Part shown: piece by piece, positions 46,588-55,547 of the stretch
How positions within the stretch are numbered: the first letter of the stretch is position 1
How the letters are laid out: every line of letters begins with the position of its first letter
Position numbers and translations under genes: made by a program
Virus record (IMG/VR): IMGVR_UViG_3300046514_000542
Source: a virus
Length of the DNA: 64,000 bases
Direction: 5' to 3' (one strand)
Notes under the pieces: generated by a model
Databases searched by the model: none
Told to the model about the DNA's origin: nothing
What the model saw: the letters and a program-made list of their open reading frames with translations, nothing else

Positions 46588-47291
46588 CGCCGCTGTAGGA
46601 CAGAGTCTATGGTGTGAGCAAGATCAGGATCAAGATTACCCTGTTTTCGCATCCATTGTAAATAATCCACTGGCACCTGATCAATCGGTGTATCTTTATG
46701 CTTGCCAAAGTTAAGAGCTTTGAGCCGTACTGGTGAATTAGACATAACCATCAATTGCTCGATGGTGTGCTTTTCCAACATTTTGAATAGTAAACCTGTG
46801 GTTGTAGCTACATCATATAAGGCTTGATGTGGATGCTTATGCTTGACCATTGGCTCGATATCAACAGGGTTGATATTGAGCCAATACCTCAGCACCTGAT
46901 TAGAATAACCGGGAGCTTCTGGCCAGATATGTTTTGCCAAACGAATGGTACAGAGCCATGGTCGGGTGACTTCGGGTAGAAACTTGGAATCAAATGCTGC
47001 ATTATGCGCAACGAGTATAGAATCAGGTTGTATGTGTTCTAAAAGAAACTTGATACCAGTTTCTCTATCATAAGCCCCGGATTGTTTAGTCAGCTTACAA
47101 ACCGGTATGTGATGGACTGCGTGCGCCTGTGGAGAAATAGGCCCAGTGTGTTGAAAGTAATAATCGGTGTGAAATGTTTTCTTCCATACCGGTCCATCTT
47201 GCTCTATTTCCATCCAGGCAAGCTCAAGCAACTTCGCTCCCTTAGCAGGGTCTAAATCAGAAGTCTCGGTATCTATCACTATCAACTTCAT
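46584..47291 (-). CDS. DEDD 3'-5' exonuclease with DUF3820-like C-terminus
   Basis: Exo I LIVIDTETSD, Exo II VAHNAAFD, Exo III HQALYDV. C-terminal FGKHKDTPIDQVPVDYLQWM. Confidence 0.8.
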   Translation of the reverse strand: MKLIVIDTETSDLDPAKGAKLLELAWMEIEQDGPVWKKTFHTDYYFQHTGPISPQAHAVHHIPVCKLTKQSGAYDRETGIKFLLEHIQPDSILVAHNAAFDSKFLPEVTRPWLCTIRLAKHIWPEAPGYSNQVLRYWLNINPVDIEPMVKHKHPHQALYDVATTTGLLFKMLEKHTIEQLMVMSNSPVRLKALNFGKHKDTPIDQVPVDYLQWMRKQGNLDPDLAHTIDSVLQRR

Positions 47292-47303
47292 GATTCTAAC
47301 CTC

Positions 47304-47398
47304 AAAAAAATTTAGGAGGGAAGGGGAAAGCCCATGCTAGCTTTCTCAGGGATGCATGTGTTCCCGGCTCGCACCCGCTGTGCGGGCAGCTCCTTCCC
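47304..47398 (-). terminator. compound stem-loop followed by a U-run (terminator candidate)
   Basis: On the minus strand, the outer stem GGGAAGG/CCTTCCC encloses three hairpins (CCCGC-ACA-GCGGG, GGGA..TCCC, GAAAGC..GCTTTC). TAAATTTTTTT follows. Confidence 0.45.
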
Positions 47399-47477
47399 AA
47401 AGAATGACAGGTGTTTAGGGGGCGACCTGTCGCGCCTATTTCGCGGGCGCTGTTAAAAGGCGACCACGCCTAATCTA

Positions 47478-48002
47478 TCATGCTGCGGCCGGTGGAGTTG
47501 TGGTCGGAGCAGGTGTCGGCTTGGGAGCCGGGGGCGGAGGCGGCGGTACATCAATCACGGTGGGACCAATGTGGATAAAATCATGATCCACCGCGTCCCA
47601 GCGTAGATCTGCTTGGGTTTGCCCCGCAGTTCGCTTGTACTTCTCTTCAATCTTCTTGACGTATTCCCCAACAGTCATGCCGGTAACGTATTCATCAAAC
47701 CGAAGTTTGGCAGCACGAGCCTTGGAGCCGGGTTTGAGTACGGTAATAATTAGTTCATCAGCATATTTGTGCAGTCGAGGTCGCGGGGCACCAGCTTCGC
47801 CTTCGGGCTTGGGCTCTTTAGCCTTCCTCACCCTCTTGGGCTTTGTGTCAGCCACAGGAGTATCAGTAGGGGCCGGGGTTGCAGCAGAGGCAGAAACCGG
47901 AGCCACAGGCGGCTTCGCAGCGACCGGAGTAGGTGCCCCAGGCGGACGAGGTTGGACGGGTTGACCTGGATTCATAGGTTGACCGGGTAGGGGTGCGTTC
48001 AT
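47478..48002 (-). CDS. GC-rich gene; Pro-rich termini flanking a small wHTH-like core
   Basis: 174 aa. The N- and C-termini are P/A/T-rich. The core reads VLKPGSKARAAKLRFDEYVTGMTVGEYVKK...ADLRWDAVDHDFIHI. Confidence 0.5.
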   Translation of the reverse strand: MNAPLPGQPMNPGQPVQPRPPGAPTPVAAKPPVAPVSASAATPAPTDTPVADTKPKRVRKAKEPKPEGEAGAPRPRLHKYADELIITVLKPGSKARAAKLRFDEYVTGMTVGEYVKKIEEKYKRTAGQTQADLRWDAVDHDFIHIGPTVIDVPPPPPPAPKPTPAPTTTPPAAA

Positions 48003-48032
48003 GTATCCTCCTATTGGTTCTGTAACATAATC

Positions 48033-48061
48033 TATGTAACACGTCTTATAGAATGATGCAA
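48033..48061 (-). promoter_or_regulatory. sigma70-type promoter candidate
   Basis: The minus strand reads TTGCAT (48061-48056), 17-nt spacer, TACATA (48038-48033), then GATTATGTTACAG and the AGGAGG RBS of ORF 47478..48002. Confidence 0.5.
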
Positions 48062-48108
48062 GCCTTAAGATAGAATTATTTTGCTGTGTCCTCGGGTACT
48101 TCCGAGGA

Positions 48109-50121
48109 CTACGCCTTCTTTAATGTTCCCCAATCAGATCCACACTTTATATCTGTCAGCATCGGAATTGTTATGGTCGGTATTGCTTCCTCCATTATCT
48201 TGGCGCACGTAATCATATCCTTCTTGTTTGCAAAACTAAAGCCGAGCTCATCATGAATTTGTAATATTGGTCGATACCCAGCTTGCTCGATGTTTACCAT
48301 AGCTCTCTTAATCTGCCGTGCAGCACTTCCCTGTATGATACGATTAAATGCTTTATGTGTGAATGCCCGTTTCATACGTTCACGATACCATGGATGTAAA
48401 GGATCATTACGTCTGGCTTGCGCTTCTTTTTCATCACAGGGGTATACCTTGGCATTAGAATTTTTCTCCTTGTAAAAGTCTCTATACGCAGGTTCCCATA
48501 AACTGAAATGATTACGCGCTCCATCAAGCATCTGTATATATCCATTCTCGGCTGCAAACCGGCTGTACCAATTGGATACTTCACGAACGAATGGTAGTTC
48601 TCTATAATACAATTCCATCACCTCTCGTGCTTCTTCTATACCCATACCGGTCATGAGTGCAAACTTAGATACTCCTGCACCATAGCTCGTTGCGAAGTTA
48701 ACATCCTTAGCTCTGGGCCGTGGAAGGCGAGTGATAGTTGCAACATAATTATGAAAATCAGTATCAGGATTGCTGCGATATTGATCAGCAGCACGTTTGG
48801 CTCCTGTACAATTTTGTAATTCAGCATGGTATACAATGAGTCGATATTCTTGTTGCCGGTAATCGATACTGCCCCATTGTTCACCATCTTCAGGTATAAA
48901 ACAAGATCGAACCAATGGTGCGTACTCATCATCCCGGCTGGGCATCTGCTGCAAGGGTGGATCACTGTAGCTAAAACGATGGGAGCGAGCTCCCCCCGTT
49001 TCGCTACGAAACTGGTTGATGGATGGATGTACACGCCCATTGTGGGCATATTTAATGATGAATTTCTCTAGAAATTTATCAGCTATATCGTATGAATGTT
49101 TGATCTTATGGGCGGTGCGTGGAAACCAATGTTGATGGTTAGCCATGAAAATCTTATCAAAACTGGCTTGTCCATCCCCATAATGTTCTGTTGGCGCTGT
49201 TCTTGGGTACTGCAAGCCCAGGTTGTCAAACTGTGCTTGCATCCACCGGTTAGATCTTATCTCTTTTATTGATGCTCCTCGTTGCTTGAGGGACCTACTA
49301 AGTGTTGCACAGTCTTCTTCACATTGCTTTTTGATTTGAGCAGCGAGCCGGTGTGCTTTTGCTGTGTCAACCCGGATACCACGCTGCTTCATCTTTAATG
49401 TGATTGGCATAAGGTCACGTTCAACTTGGTATGCAATATCTAATCCTTCTTTCGTGATAAGAGGTCGTAATTTCGCTGCCAGTTTCAGCGTGCTGACCGC
49501 ATCTTGCTCAGCGTATGGCCCGACAAATTCGGCCCCTAGTTCATGTAAATATTGCTTGACCTTATTATCAGGTATACCTCGATCTTTACATGATTCACGC
49601 AGCAGTGTTTCATCTTTACCGGTGATGCCTTGCCAGAGGCACAAATTATCCAAACTAAATGAAGACAGGTTTTCATCTATCATGGATGCCATGGCCATGG
49701 TGTCATCCACCTTGGCCGGTGGGGCTACTCCAAATACAGCTCCCAACCATCCGCAGTCGTAGGCAAAGTTGTGGAAGATGAATCTGGTTTGACTCTGTAA
49801 AAAACAAGCTTTGAGCCATCTTCGTATAACATCGTGATCGAAGTAATTTTTCCTGTCGTGTCTAATGGGGATATAAGTTGCTTGATCTCGCCAAGCAATA
49901 GAGATTCCGGATATAAAGCCAGGGTTCGGACTTTCTTTTTTTCCAGCATACTTGTAGAACCCCGGTCCGTTGCCTTCGGAGAGCGAGGCGTCGCACGTCT
50001 CTGTGTCAATTGCCACCTCAGTTTCTTGAGATAAGTCAGGTAAAGCAGTTGGAAGAGACCAACTGCTTTGTACCGCGAACAGGTTACCTTGGTCTAGGCT
50101 TGCTTTTGCTGTGCGTGTCAT
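48109..50121 (-). CDS. family A DNA polymerase with 3'-5' exonuclease domain
   Basis: Exo I VAIDTETC, motif A DYRQQEYRL, motif B RAKDVNFATSYGAG, motif C LQIHDELGF. Confidence 0.9.
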   Translation of the reverse strand: MTRTAKASLDQGNLFAVQSSWSLPTALPDLSQETEVAIDTETCDASLSEGNGPGFYKYAGKKESPNPGFISGISIAWRDQATYIPIRHDRKNYFDHDVIRRWLKACFLQSQTRFIFHNFAYDCGWLGAVFGVAPPAKVDDTMAMASMIDENLSSFSLDNLCLWQGITGKDETLLRESCKDRGIPDNKVKQYLHELGAEFVGPYAEQDAVSTLKLAAKLRPLITKEGLDIAYQVERDLMPITLKMKQRGIRVDTAKAHRLAAQIKKQCEEDCATLSRSLKQRGASIKEIRSNRWMQAQFDNLGLQYPRTAPTEHYGDGQASFDKIFMANHQHWFPRTAHKIKHSYDIADKFLEKFIIKYAHNGRVHPSINQFRSETGGARSHRFSYSDPPLQQMPSRDDEYAPLVRSCFIPEDGEQWGSIDYRQQEYRLIVYHAELQNCTGAKRAADQYRSNPDTDFHNYVATITRLPRPRAKDVNFATSYGAGVSKFALMTGMGIEEAREVMELYYRELPFVREVSNWYSRFAAENGYIQMLDGARNHFSLWEPAYRDFYKEKNSNAKVYPCDEKEAQARRNDPLHPWYRERMKRAFTHKAFNRIIQGSAARQIKRAMVNIEQAGYRPILQIHDELGFSFANKKDMITCAKIMEEAIPTITIPMLTDIKCGSDWGTLKKA

Positions 50122-50525
50122 TTGAGGCTCTTTTTAAATTCGTCAACTTGCTCCTTGTTACCAACCATCCAATCAGGGGGACGAGGTATATCTATATTTA
50201 TAGGTCTCCATATATGAAGACAGTTTTTTGCTCTACCACCCAGCAACGTTCCATCTATGTATTCAGCTTTAGGAACATGGAGTTGAAATGCTGTTTCATT
50301 TTTATTAAAGAATAAGTTCTTTATTTGTTCCATCTCTTCCCAAGTAGGAGTTCTGTGGTGATGAGATACACTTACATGGTCCCACCCATAACCTGATGTT
50401 GCAATGATAACTAAATTTCGAAATAGAAATACTCCGTAATCAGAGTCACCAACGGCACCATATATTCGAAGCTCATTAACAAGGCTTCTTATATGATCAA
50501 GCTCTTTCAAGTTCCTCATCATCAT
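50118..50525 (-). CDS. hypothetical protein (135 aa)
   Basis: Overlaps the polymerase start by 4 nt. WDHVSVSHHHRTPTWEEMEQIK is a conserved-looking core. Confidence 0.55.
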   Translation of the reverse strand: MMMRNLKELDHIRSLVNELRIYGAVGDSDYGVFLFRNLVIIATSGYGWDHVSVSHHHRTPTWEEMEQIKNLFFNKNETAFQLHVPKAEYIDGTLLGGRAKNCLHIWRPINIDIPRPPDWMVGNKEQVDEFKKSLK

Positions 50526-50706
50526 CCTCCAACCTGAGCCATCCAGTTTTACTCTCTAATATACCCTCACCAGTTTTGAGCCTCGCATAAATCCGCTCAC
50601 CACATTCGGAGCAATAGTTCGGTAACCGGGGGTTGACATAGCAGAGTAGAGAGTGGCAGCACGGTGTTTCGATAAGACGGAATGGAACCTTTGTTAGACT
50701 GCCCAT
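50497..50706 (-). CDS. zinc-ribbon protein
   Basis: ATG 50706 (MGSLTKV...). CCHSLLC...CSECG. Confidence 0.5.
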   Translation of the reverse strand: MGSLTKVPFRLIETPCCHSLLCYVNPRLPNYCSECGERIYARLKTGEGILESKTGWLRLEDDDEELERA

Positions 50707-50827
50707 GGCAGTGTTGCCCCCTGGTTTTTGATGGCCCGCCACGCCTGCCAAATGGCCCGCCTGTACGTTCGGCTGGGGGTGGCGCTACCCCTGTAGCACC
50801 CCCGGCTAGCGCCCGCCAGCGCCCACC

Positions 50828-51154
50828 CTACAGCGTTTGAAGAAACTGTTTGGATCCAACAACGATCGCGATGTTACCGACCAGCACATCCGCATATGCT
50901 GCGAATGCTGCCTTGCCGCCACACATTGCCCAAAGAACTTGAGCAGGTTGGTTTACCGGCATATGCTTCAGCTTGCCTTCTTCATTACAGAATGCAATAC
51001 ACGGGCTCATTTCATAGGTGTTAAAATACGGTACTACTTCAATAGACCCACCCACGATTTCTTGCAGAGCTTCGAGTGTTGGTGTTTTCTTTATTGCTTT
51101 CTTTTTGATTTCGCCAGTCGGGTGTACGGCAATAAGCCAACGTTCATCAGACAC
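50828..51154 (-). CDS. DUF3846-like protein
   Basis: GTG 51154 with an AAGGAG RBS. LEALQEIVGGSIEVV...CNEEGKL pattern (memory-based). Confidence 0.5.
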   Translation of the reverse strand: MSDERWLIAVHPTGEIKKKAIKKTPTLEALQEIVGGSIEVVPYFNTYEMSPCIAFCNEEGKLKHMPVNQPAQVLWAMCGGKAAFAAYADVLVGNIAIVVGSKQFLQTL

Positions 51155-51174
51155 AGTATGCTCCTTTGTTTAGC

Positions 51175-51210
51175 TGTAAAGCATTTTACCATAAATTAGT
51201 TATGATGCAA
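51175..51210 (-). promoter_or_regulatory. sigma70-type promoter with GCTTTACA core
   Basis: The minus strand reads TTGCAT (51210-51205), 16-nt spacer, TAAAAT (51188-51183), GCTTTACAG, then the AAGGAG RBS. Confidence 0.65.
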
Positions 51211-51673
51211 ACTTTGAATGTTCTCCACCATCTTCTGGCGTGCCGGGGACATTAAGCTCTGCGTATAGTTTAGATACTAGCTCTTTATCGCGTGCCTCAC
51301 CCAATATACGTGTCAGCCATTTGCGGGCATTTAATAAGTCTTCAAGATTTATGAATGTGCACATCTTATAAATGAACATTTGGTCATACTCATTTAACTG
51401 GTTAGCATCAGCAAATCGTAAAACCTCTTGTCTTATTGCAGATGGTTCCAGTAACCGTTTCGATATCTTATCAAACTGAATAACCGTTATCAGTTTGTCG
51501 AGGTAGTGTCGCGCCTTTTGTAGATCTTGTATTCCATTTTTCTTGCGATATCGTGACACGTACTTGGTTGCGTTCCCTGCAAAATAATCCATGCCAACCC
51601 GGGCAACAAGGTCCCAGTGCTGATACTGAGTTTGATAATGTGTCCCACCAAATTGTTCTTTATTCGGATCCAT
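51200..51673 (-). CDS. DUF3310-like protein
   Basis: HYQTQYQHWD...GNATKYVSRYRKKNGIQDLQKARHYLDKL pattern (memory-based). Confidence 0.5.
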   Translation of the reverse strand: MDPNKEQFGGTHYQTQYQHWDLVARVGMDYFAGNATKYVSRYRKKNGIQDLQKARHYLDKLITVIQFDKISKRLLEPSAIRQEVLRFADANQLNEYDQMFIYKMCTFINLEDLLNARKWLTRILGEARDKELVSKLYAELNVPGTPEDGGEHSKFAS

Positions 51674-52277
51674 GTTTTTCTTCCCAACCGTTCGTATGCC
51701 ACCAATCGGATAATGGTGGCATTAGTGTAAAGCGTTGCTGCGCAAAAAACAATCGTATACGTATAATCACATAGCGTACGACCGGTGGGCTCGGCTCTTG
51801 ATCGTACAGAGCTCTTAGACACCGGTCAGCTACGATGAAGCCATGGCTGTTGCCAAGGTTCATTTCATCCATACCCCATTCAGCCATCTCAATAAGCTCG
51901 ATTTGTTTAACAAGAATCTTATCCTCTTCTGTCAACACAACCGGTTGATAAGCATTCCAATATTGGAGTTGTCGGTAATATGATTTTTGTTCTATTAGAT
52001 CCACTTGTTCTTTTAACATTGGGTTATCTTTCTTAACAGGATAAGGAAGATCCCCAGTGCTAATTTCACCAATATCGTGAAAGATCATGTGGTAAACCAC
52101 ATGCTCATCTGGTTGATGAGTAATAGAGAAATATATTCGTAATAGATTCCAACTATGTGATGCAACCGTTTGTGGTTGGATATGAGGCCAGACATGATAT
52201 CGTTTAAGTTGTCCAGCGAGCCGAGTATCAAGATAGACAGGATCTGCACTAGTCATTTCGATCTCCTCACTATCCAT
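51660..52277 (-). CDS. HD-domain phosphohydrolase (YfbR-type 5'-deoxynucleotidase-like)
   Basis: RYHVWP...QTVASHSWNL...IFHDIGEISTGDLPYPVK matches the HD/YfbR layout. Confidence 0.7.
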   Translation of the reverse strand: MDSEEIEMTSADPVYLDTRLAGQLKRYHVWPHIQPQTVASHSWNLLRIYFSITHQPDEHVVYHMIFHDIGEISTGDLPYPVKKDNPMLKEQVDLIEQKSYYRQLQYWNAYQPVVLTEEDKILVKQIELIEMAEWGMDEMNLGNSHGFIVADRCLRALYDQEPSPPVVRYVIIRIRLFFAQQRFTLMPPLSDWWHTNGWEEKHGSE

Positions 52278-53260
52278 GCAATACCAGCTTCTTGCCAGTC
52301 ATCCGCCTTTACCATACCAAGAGCATCGTATGCACCCTGGAGATATTTATCTTTAAACCTTTGATGTGCCAAGGCCATAGGGACAACGGTGTCACGCAAA
52401 AATGAATTGACTATGGTACCATTATATCCGTCTGAACCAGACTGTATGATTTCGATACAATCTATAGTCTCCTTAATATCGTCATCTATATTAGCTTCAT
52501 CATCTATTAACGGTTGTGTTTTTCCATATGGTGTATTATCAGATAATTGTTCTGATAAGAGATCTTCATTAGATATTCTAGATCCAAGCATATTGATATG
52601 GTGTTCATACAAGTGCAGGTTAGTGGTGACTTGCCAATACTCACCAAGACCTACCCCGATCTTACCGGCAAGGTACTCCTGTAATATTGGAAAATGAACT
52701 GCGTTAGCTCCACAGCAGCCCCAGATAACATCGTTGGACCGGTTGAACACTGTCATGTTGAGCCTTCCGTTAAGTATACGGAAGACTGCAACGAGGTTGC
52801 AGGGCTTAGCCGAATTGACGACAAGGTCACACCTACCGGCTCCCCACATCTGCAACACGGCTTGTCTCGTAGATGCGTCCTTACGCATCTGCGTAACAAT
52901 TTCATCTAACTGGTCTATATCTTCTAAACCATATCGCCATCTATATCCGTAGGCATCCATAATAGTGCCATCTTCATTACCATATGTCTTACTGAAATCT
53001 TTGATGTATGGATCCAAAAACTTACCATCATCCCTACCGGCTAGCATCCATATAGCTTCCATTAAATGGAAAAATGGGTTGGCATCTCTGACCGGATTTA
53101 ATAGGACATGTTGTTTAGGATACAGATAGTGGATAGTTACTGGACCAGGAGCTACGAAAGCTTTTCCTAGCCGGGTGTATTCTGTTCGTCCTTGAGCAAG
53201 AAGATATTGAACTGCTTTTGGTAAGGCATCTCTGACGTTAGTCGCTGTTATCACAAACAT
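52253..53260 (-). CDS. thymidylate synthase (ThyA) family homologue; TS or dUMP hydroxymethylase
   Basis: ATG 53260 with a GGAGG RBS. It aligns to E. coli ThyA blocks: FHLMEAIWMLAG, YGYRWR, IDQLDEIVTQMRKDASTRQAVLQMW, KPCNLVAVFRILNGRLNMTVFNRSNDVIWGCCGANAVHF, TNLHLYEHH. There is a ~70-aa C-terminal extension. Confidence 0.8.
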   Translation of the reverse strand: MFVITATNVRDALPKAVQYLLAQGRTEYTRLGKAFVAPGPVTIHYLYPKQHVLLNPVRDANPFFHLMEAIWMLAGRDDGKFLDPYIKDFSKTYGNEDGTIMDAYGYRWRYGLEDIDQLDEIVTQMRKDASTRQAVLQMWGAGRCDLVVNSAKPCNLVAVFRILNGRLNMTVFNRSNDVIWGCCGANAVHFPILQEYLAGKIGVGLGEYWQVTTNLHLYEHHINMLGSRISNEDLLSEQLSDNTPYGKTQPLIDDEANIDDDIKETIDCIEIIQSGSDGYNGTIVNSFLRDTVVPMALAHQRFKDKYLQGAYDALGMVKADDWQEAGIAWIVRRSK

Positions 53261-53927
53261 CTTTTCCTCCCACGATGTGCGCACCGCTCAGCCTTACGTC
53301 TAGTGGTGTTCCCCAGTCTATCGGTTGATATGTAGTCTCCTTTGCGATTTTTTCACCTGTTAGCTGATTGAATACATGGCTGATATATGGTTCTTTCATT
53401 GTTTCAACCAGTGTTTCTGCAATAGTCATAAATTCTCCTATAAATTTACTAGGAATCCAATATGCTCCTCTTACTGCGTATTGTGATATACGTTCCTTTT
53501 CTTTAATTAAATTAAAGAAACCTAAAGCATCAACATATGAAAATGCTGGGTTAGAACTTTTACTGACAAGAACTGCTGGACAATGTATCGTTGTAATCGC
53601 CAATAAATCATTAGTGAAATTTAATATGTCAGCATCTAATATCAGAGTATCGTCTAAAGAAATTTTGTTCATCACTTGAAGAGCCGTGTGTGCTGGACCT
53701 TTCGTATGTACCATCACTATCGCATTATTCATTTCTCCTATCCATTTAGGCGGAACACCGTACAATGTTTGTCCTCCCCAAAACTTAGGTGGAAGTGTCC
53801 AGAACACATGCTCCCACATAGGACAAGTATACCCGCGCCATTCAATATTGAGGAACGGCTTTGGTGTGGTGTATCCTTCTTCCTTAAAGCGGCGGCTTTC
53901 ACCAGCAGCTAAAATGATTGCACGCAT
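53238..53927 (-). CDS. nucleotidyltransferase (sugar/alcohol-phosphate NTP-transferase type)
   Basis: ATG 53927 with a GGAG RBS. The N-terminal MRAIILAAGESRRF is the LAAGxGxR signature. Confidence 0.65.
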   Translation of the reverse strand: MRAIILAAGESRRFKEEGYTTPKPFLNIEWRGYTCPMWEHVFWTLPPKFWGGQTLYGVPPKWIGEMNNAIVMVHTKGPAHTALQVMNKISLDDTLILDADILNFTNDLLAITTIHCPAVLVSKSSNPAFSYVDALGFFNLIKEKERISQYAVRGAYWIPSKFIGEFMTIAETLVETMKEPYISHVFNQLTGEKIAKETTYQPIDWGTPLDVRLSGAHIVGGKDVCDNSD

Positions 53928-54712
53928 GATTCCAACTCCCCGGCTATCCGTATGGCCCACTTCCCCGCGCTAGTATTAGTCGTATCGCGCAGAGCGATAC
54001 GCTTTAGACCCACCATACACCAGAACACTGCTCGTTTCAAAACTTCGTAGTCTTGTGCAAACTTTGGCCACAAGTATGGCTTATAGTCTACTCCACGCAA
54101 TATTACTTCCCAACCCAACATAGACTGTAGCATCTTGGCATGGTCTATCGCACGAATGCTAGGTCGCATTAACCGGTGTGGTGGAATTGGGTCCGCAATG
54201 CGGATATATCCTTTTCTATTAGTCAGTGTATTATCAAGCGTTGCATCACCATGGATAAGACAGATGTCATCGTGCAATGCCCAGTCTGGCACAGTAACTC
54301 CAATTGTTGATAGGAGTTCTTGTCGCCATGATTCATCACCTATTTGTTTTGTGAATGGTGCATCTACTAGCGACCTATTCCATACATGGTCTGTCAACAC
54401 TTTTTCCATTATACAAAGTGTGCGTTGATTATGCCATTGTGGAGTGAGATATTCCATTACATAGCTTGTATTGTTTAATGCGAATATCCGTGGGCATACA
54501 TTTTCGCCCAGATGCATCATAAACACAGCTTGCTCATATGCAAAGTCTGCAGTATCAGTTTCTTTATGCACGGCCAGTGTCAATTTAGAATGAGTAAAAC
54601 CGGCCATATCTACTTCATGACCATAAAGACATTCCGGTACATCAACTGGCGGGTATTCTTTTGAAATATACGATAGTATACGTAATGCTGATAAGAGATC
54701 ACACTGATACAC
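53909..54712 (-). CDS. APH/choline-kinase-fold kinase
   Basis: Catalytic loop ICLIHGDATLDNTL (HGDxxxxN), then IRIADP. Confidence 0.65.
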   Translation of the reverse strand: MYQCDLLSALRILSYISKEYPPVDVPECLYGHEVDMAGFTHSKLTLAVHKETDTADFAYEQAVFMMHLGENVCPRIFALNNTSYVMEYLTPQWHNQRTLCIMEKVLTDHVWNRSLVDAPFTKQIGDESWRQELLSTIGVTVPDWALHDDICLIHGDATLDNTLTNRKGYIRIADPIPPHRLMRPSIRAIDHAKMLQSMLGWEVILRGVDYKPYLWPKFAQDYEVLKRAVFWCMVGLKRIALRDTTNTSAGKWAIRIAGELESCVQSF

Positions 54713-55493
54713 GGGACTTCACTCCATCTTCGAGTGCCTTTTGCCATTGGCAGATCACTTCAACTCGAGGAACTGAAGCTGTGTACTTCTTTTCAGTCGT
54801 AGACACATAGCCGGGATGTAATTCTGCTAGCTTCTTTGCATCAGCGTTAGAACGTTCAATAGTGCGTTCATCACTGGCACCACCAGAAGCATCAAACTCA
54901 CGTTGGTCATTCACAGTATTGTGCCACACGGCATCAGGATAACCTTTACGAAGTAACTGCAATGTGACATCCATATCTTCTCTCGTCTCAATTCGCCCTA
55001 ATTCACACTCTTTCAACACTACCGGTAAATAATAGCCGAGCGAATATTGCATTCTACCGGGTGATTTCCATCCTGCTTCTTTCAAAGTGTTGTTACCCTG
55101 ACGTGGCCCAAAGCCCACGTGAGGGAACTCTGGCCCTAGTTTATCTTCAAGCCTTTGTATTTCATCTGCAAGCTGAACACCAGCAATTTCCTTCAAGTGC
55201 CAATCGGCATCACTCTTTCTGGTTGCAAACCTAAGATCATCGTCAAGCATGAGAATCTTATCATAACCCCGCTCAAGCCATTCAAAACAAATCCACTTGC
55301 GCTTTTGTGCTATGGTCCAAGTAGGGTCTGGCTGTGCCACCACTTCAATATCATCACGCAATGACGATAAACTGAATAATTCCTTTGGAGGACAAACAAG
55401 TGTCGTACGTTTGCGTGTATCCCCCGGTAAAAGCTGAAGCGTAAGCTGTTTAGCTGTACGCCCTCGTGTAGGAATTATGATACGCATTGCCAT
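54699..55493 (-). CDS. GT-A-like transferase (DDD motif), paralogue 1
   Basis: ATG 55493 with a GGGAGG RBS. IIIPTRGR, KILMLDDDLRF, EDMDVTLQLLRKG, SGGASDER. Confidence 0.5.
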   Translation of the reverse strand: MAMRIIIPTRGRTAKQLTLQLLPGDTRKRTTLVCPPKELFSLSSLRDDIEVVAQPDPTWTIAQKRKWICFEWLERGYDKILMLDDDLRFATRKSDADWHLKEIAGVQLADEIQRLEDKLGPEFPHVGFGPRQGNNTLKEAGWKSPGRMQYSLGYYLPVVLKECELGRIETREDMDVTLQLLRKGYPDAVWHNTVNDQREFDASGGASDERTIERSNADAKKLAELHPGYVSTTEKKYTASVPRVEVICQWQKALEDGVKSRVSV

Positions 55494-55547
55494 TGAAGCC
55501 TCCCCATATGTTATGCTAACACTAGATAAGACTGACCGCAAGTTGAA

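Noticed and set aside
47318-47398. tRNA gene
   Set aside because: An outer stem plus three hairpins is present. On either strand, however, the arms do not fit: a 3-nt loop where the T-loop should be, a 4-bp stem with a 9-nt loop where the anticodon arm should be, no U33, and no GTTC-type T-loop.
48088-48109. Hairpin GTCCTCGG-N6-CCGAGGAC at the polymerase stop as a terminator
   Set aside because: There is no U-tract on the minus strand downstream of the stem. It may still stabilise the transcript, so it is not listed as a terminator.
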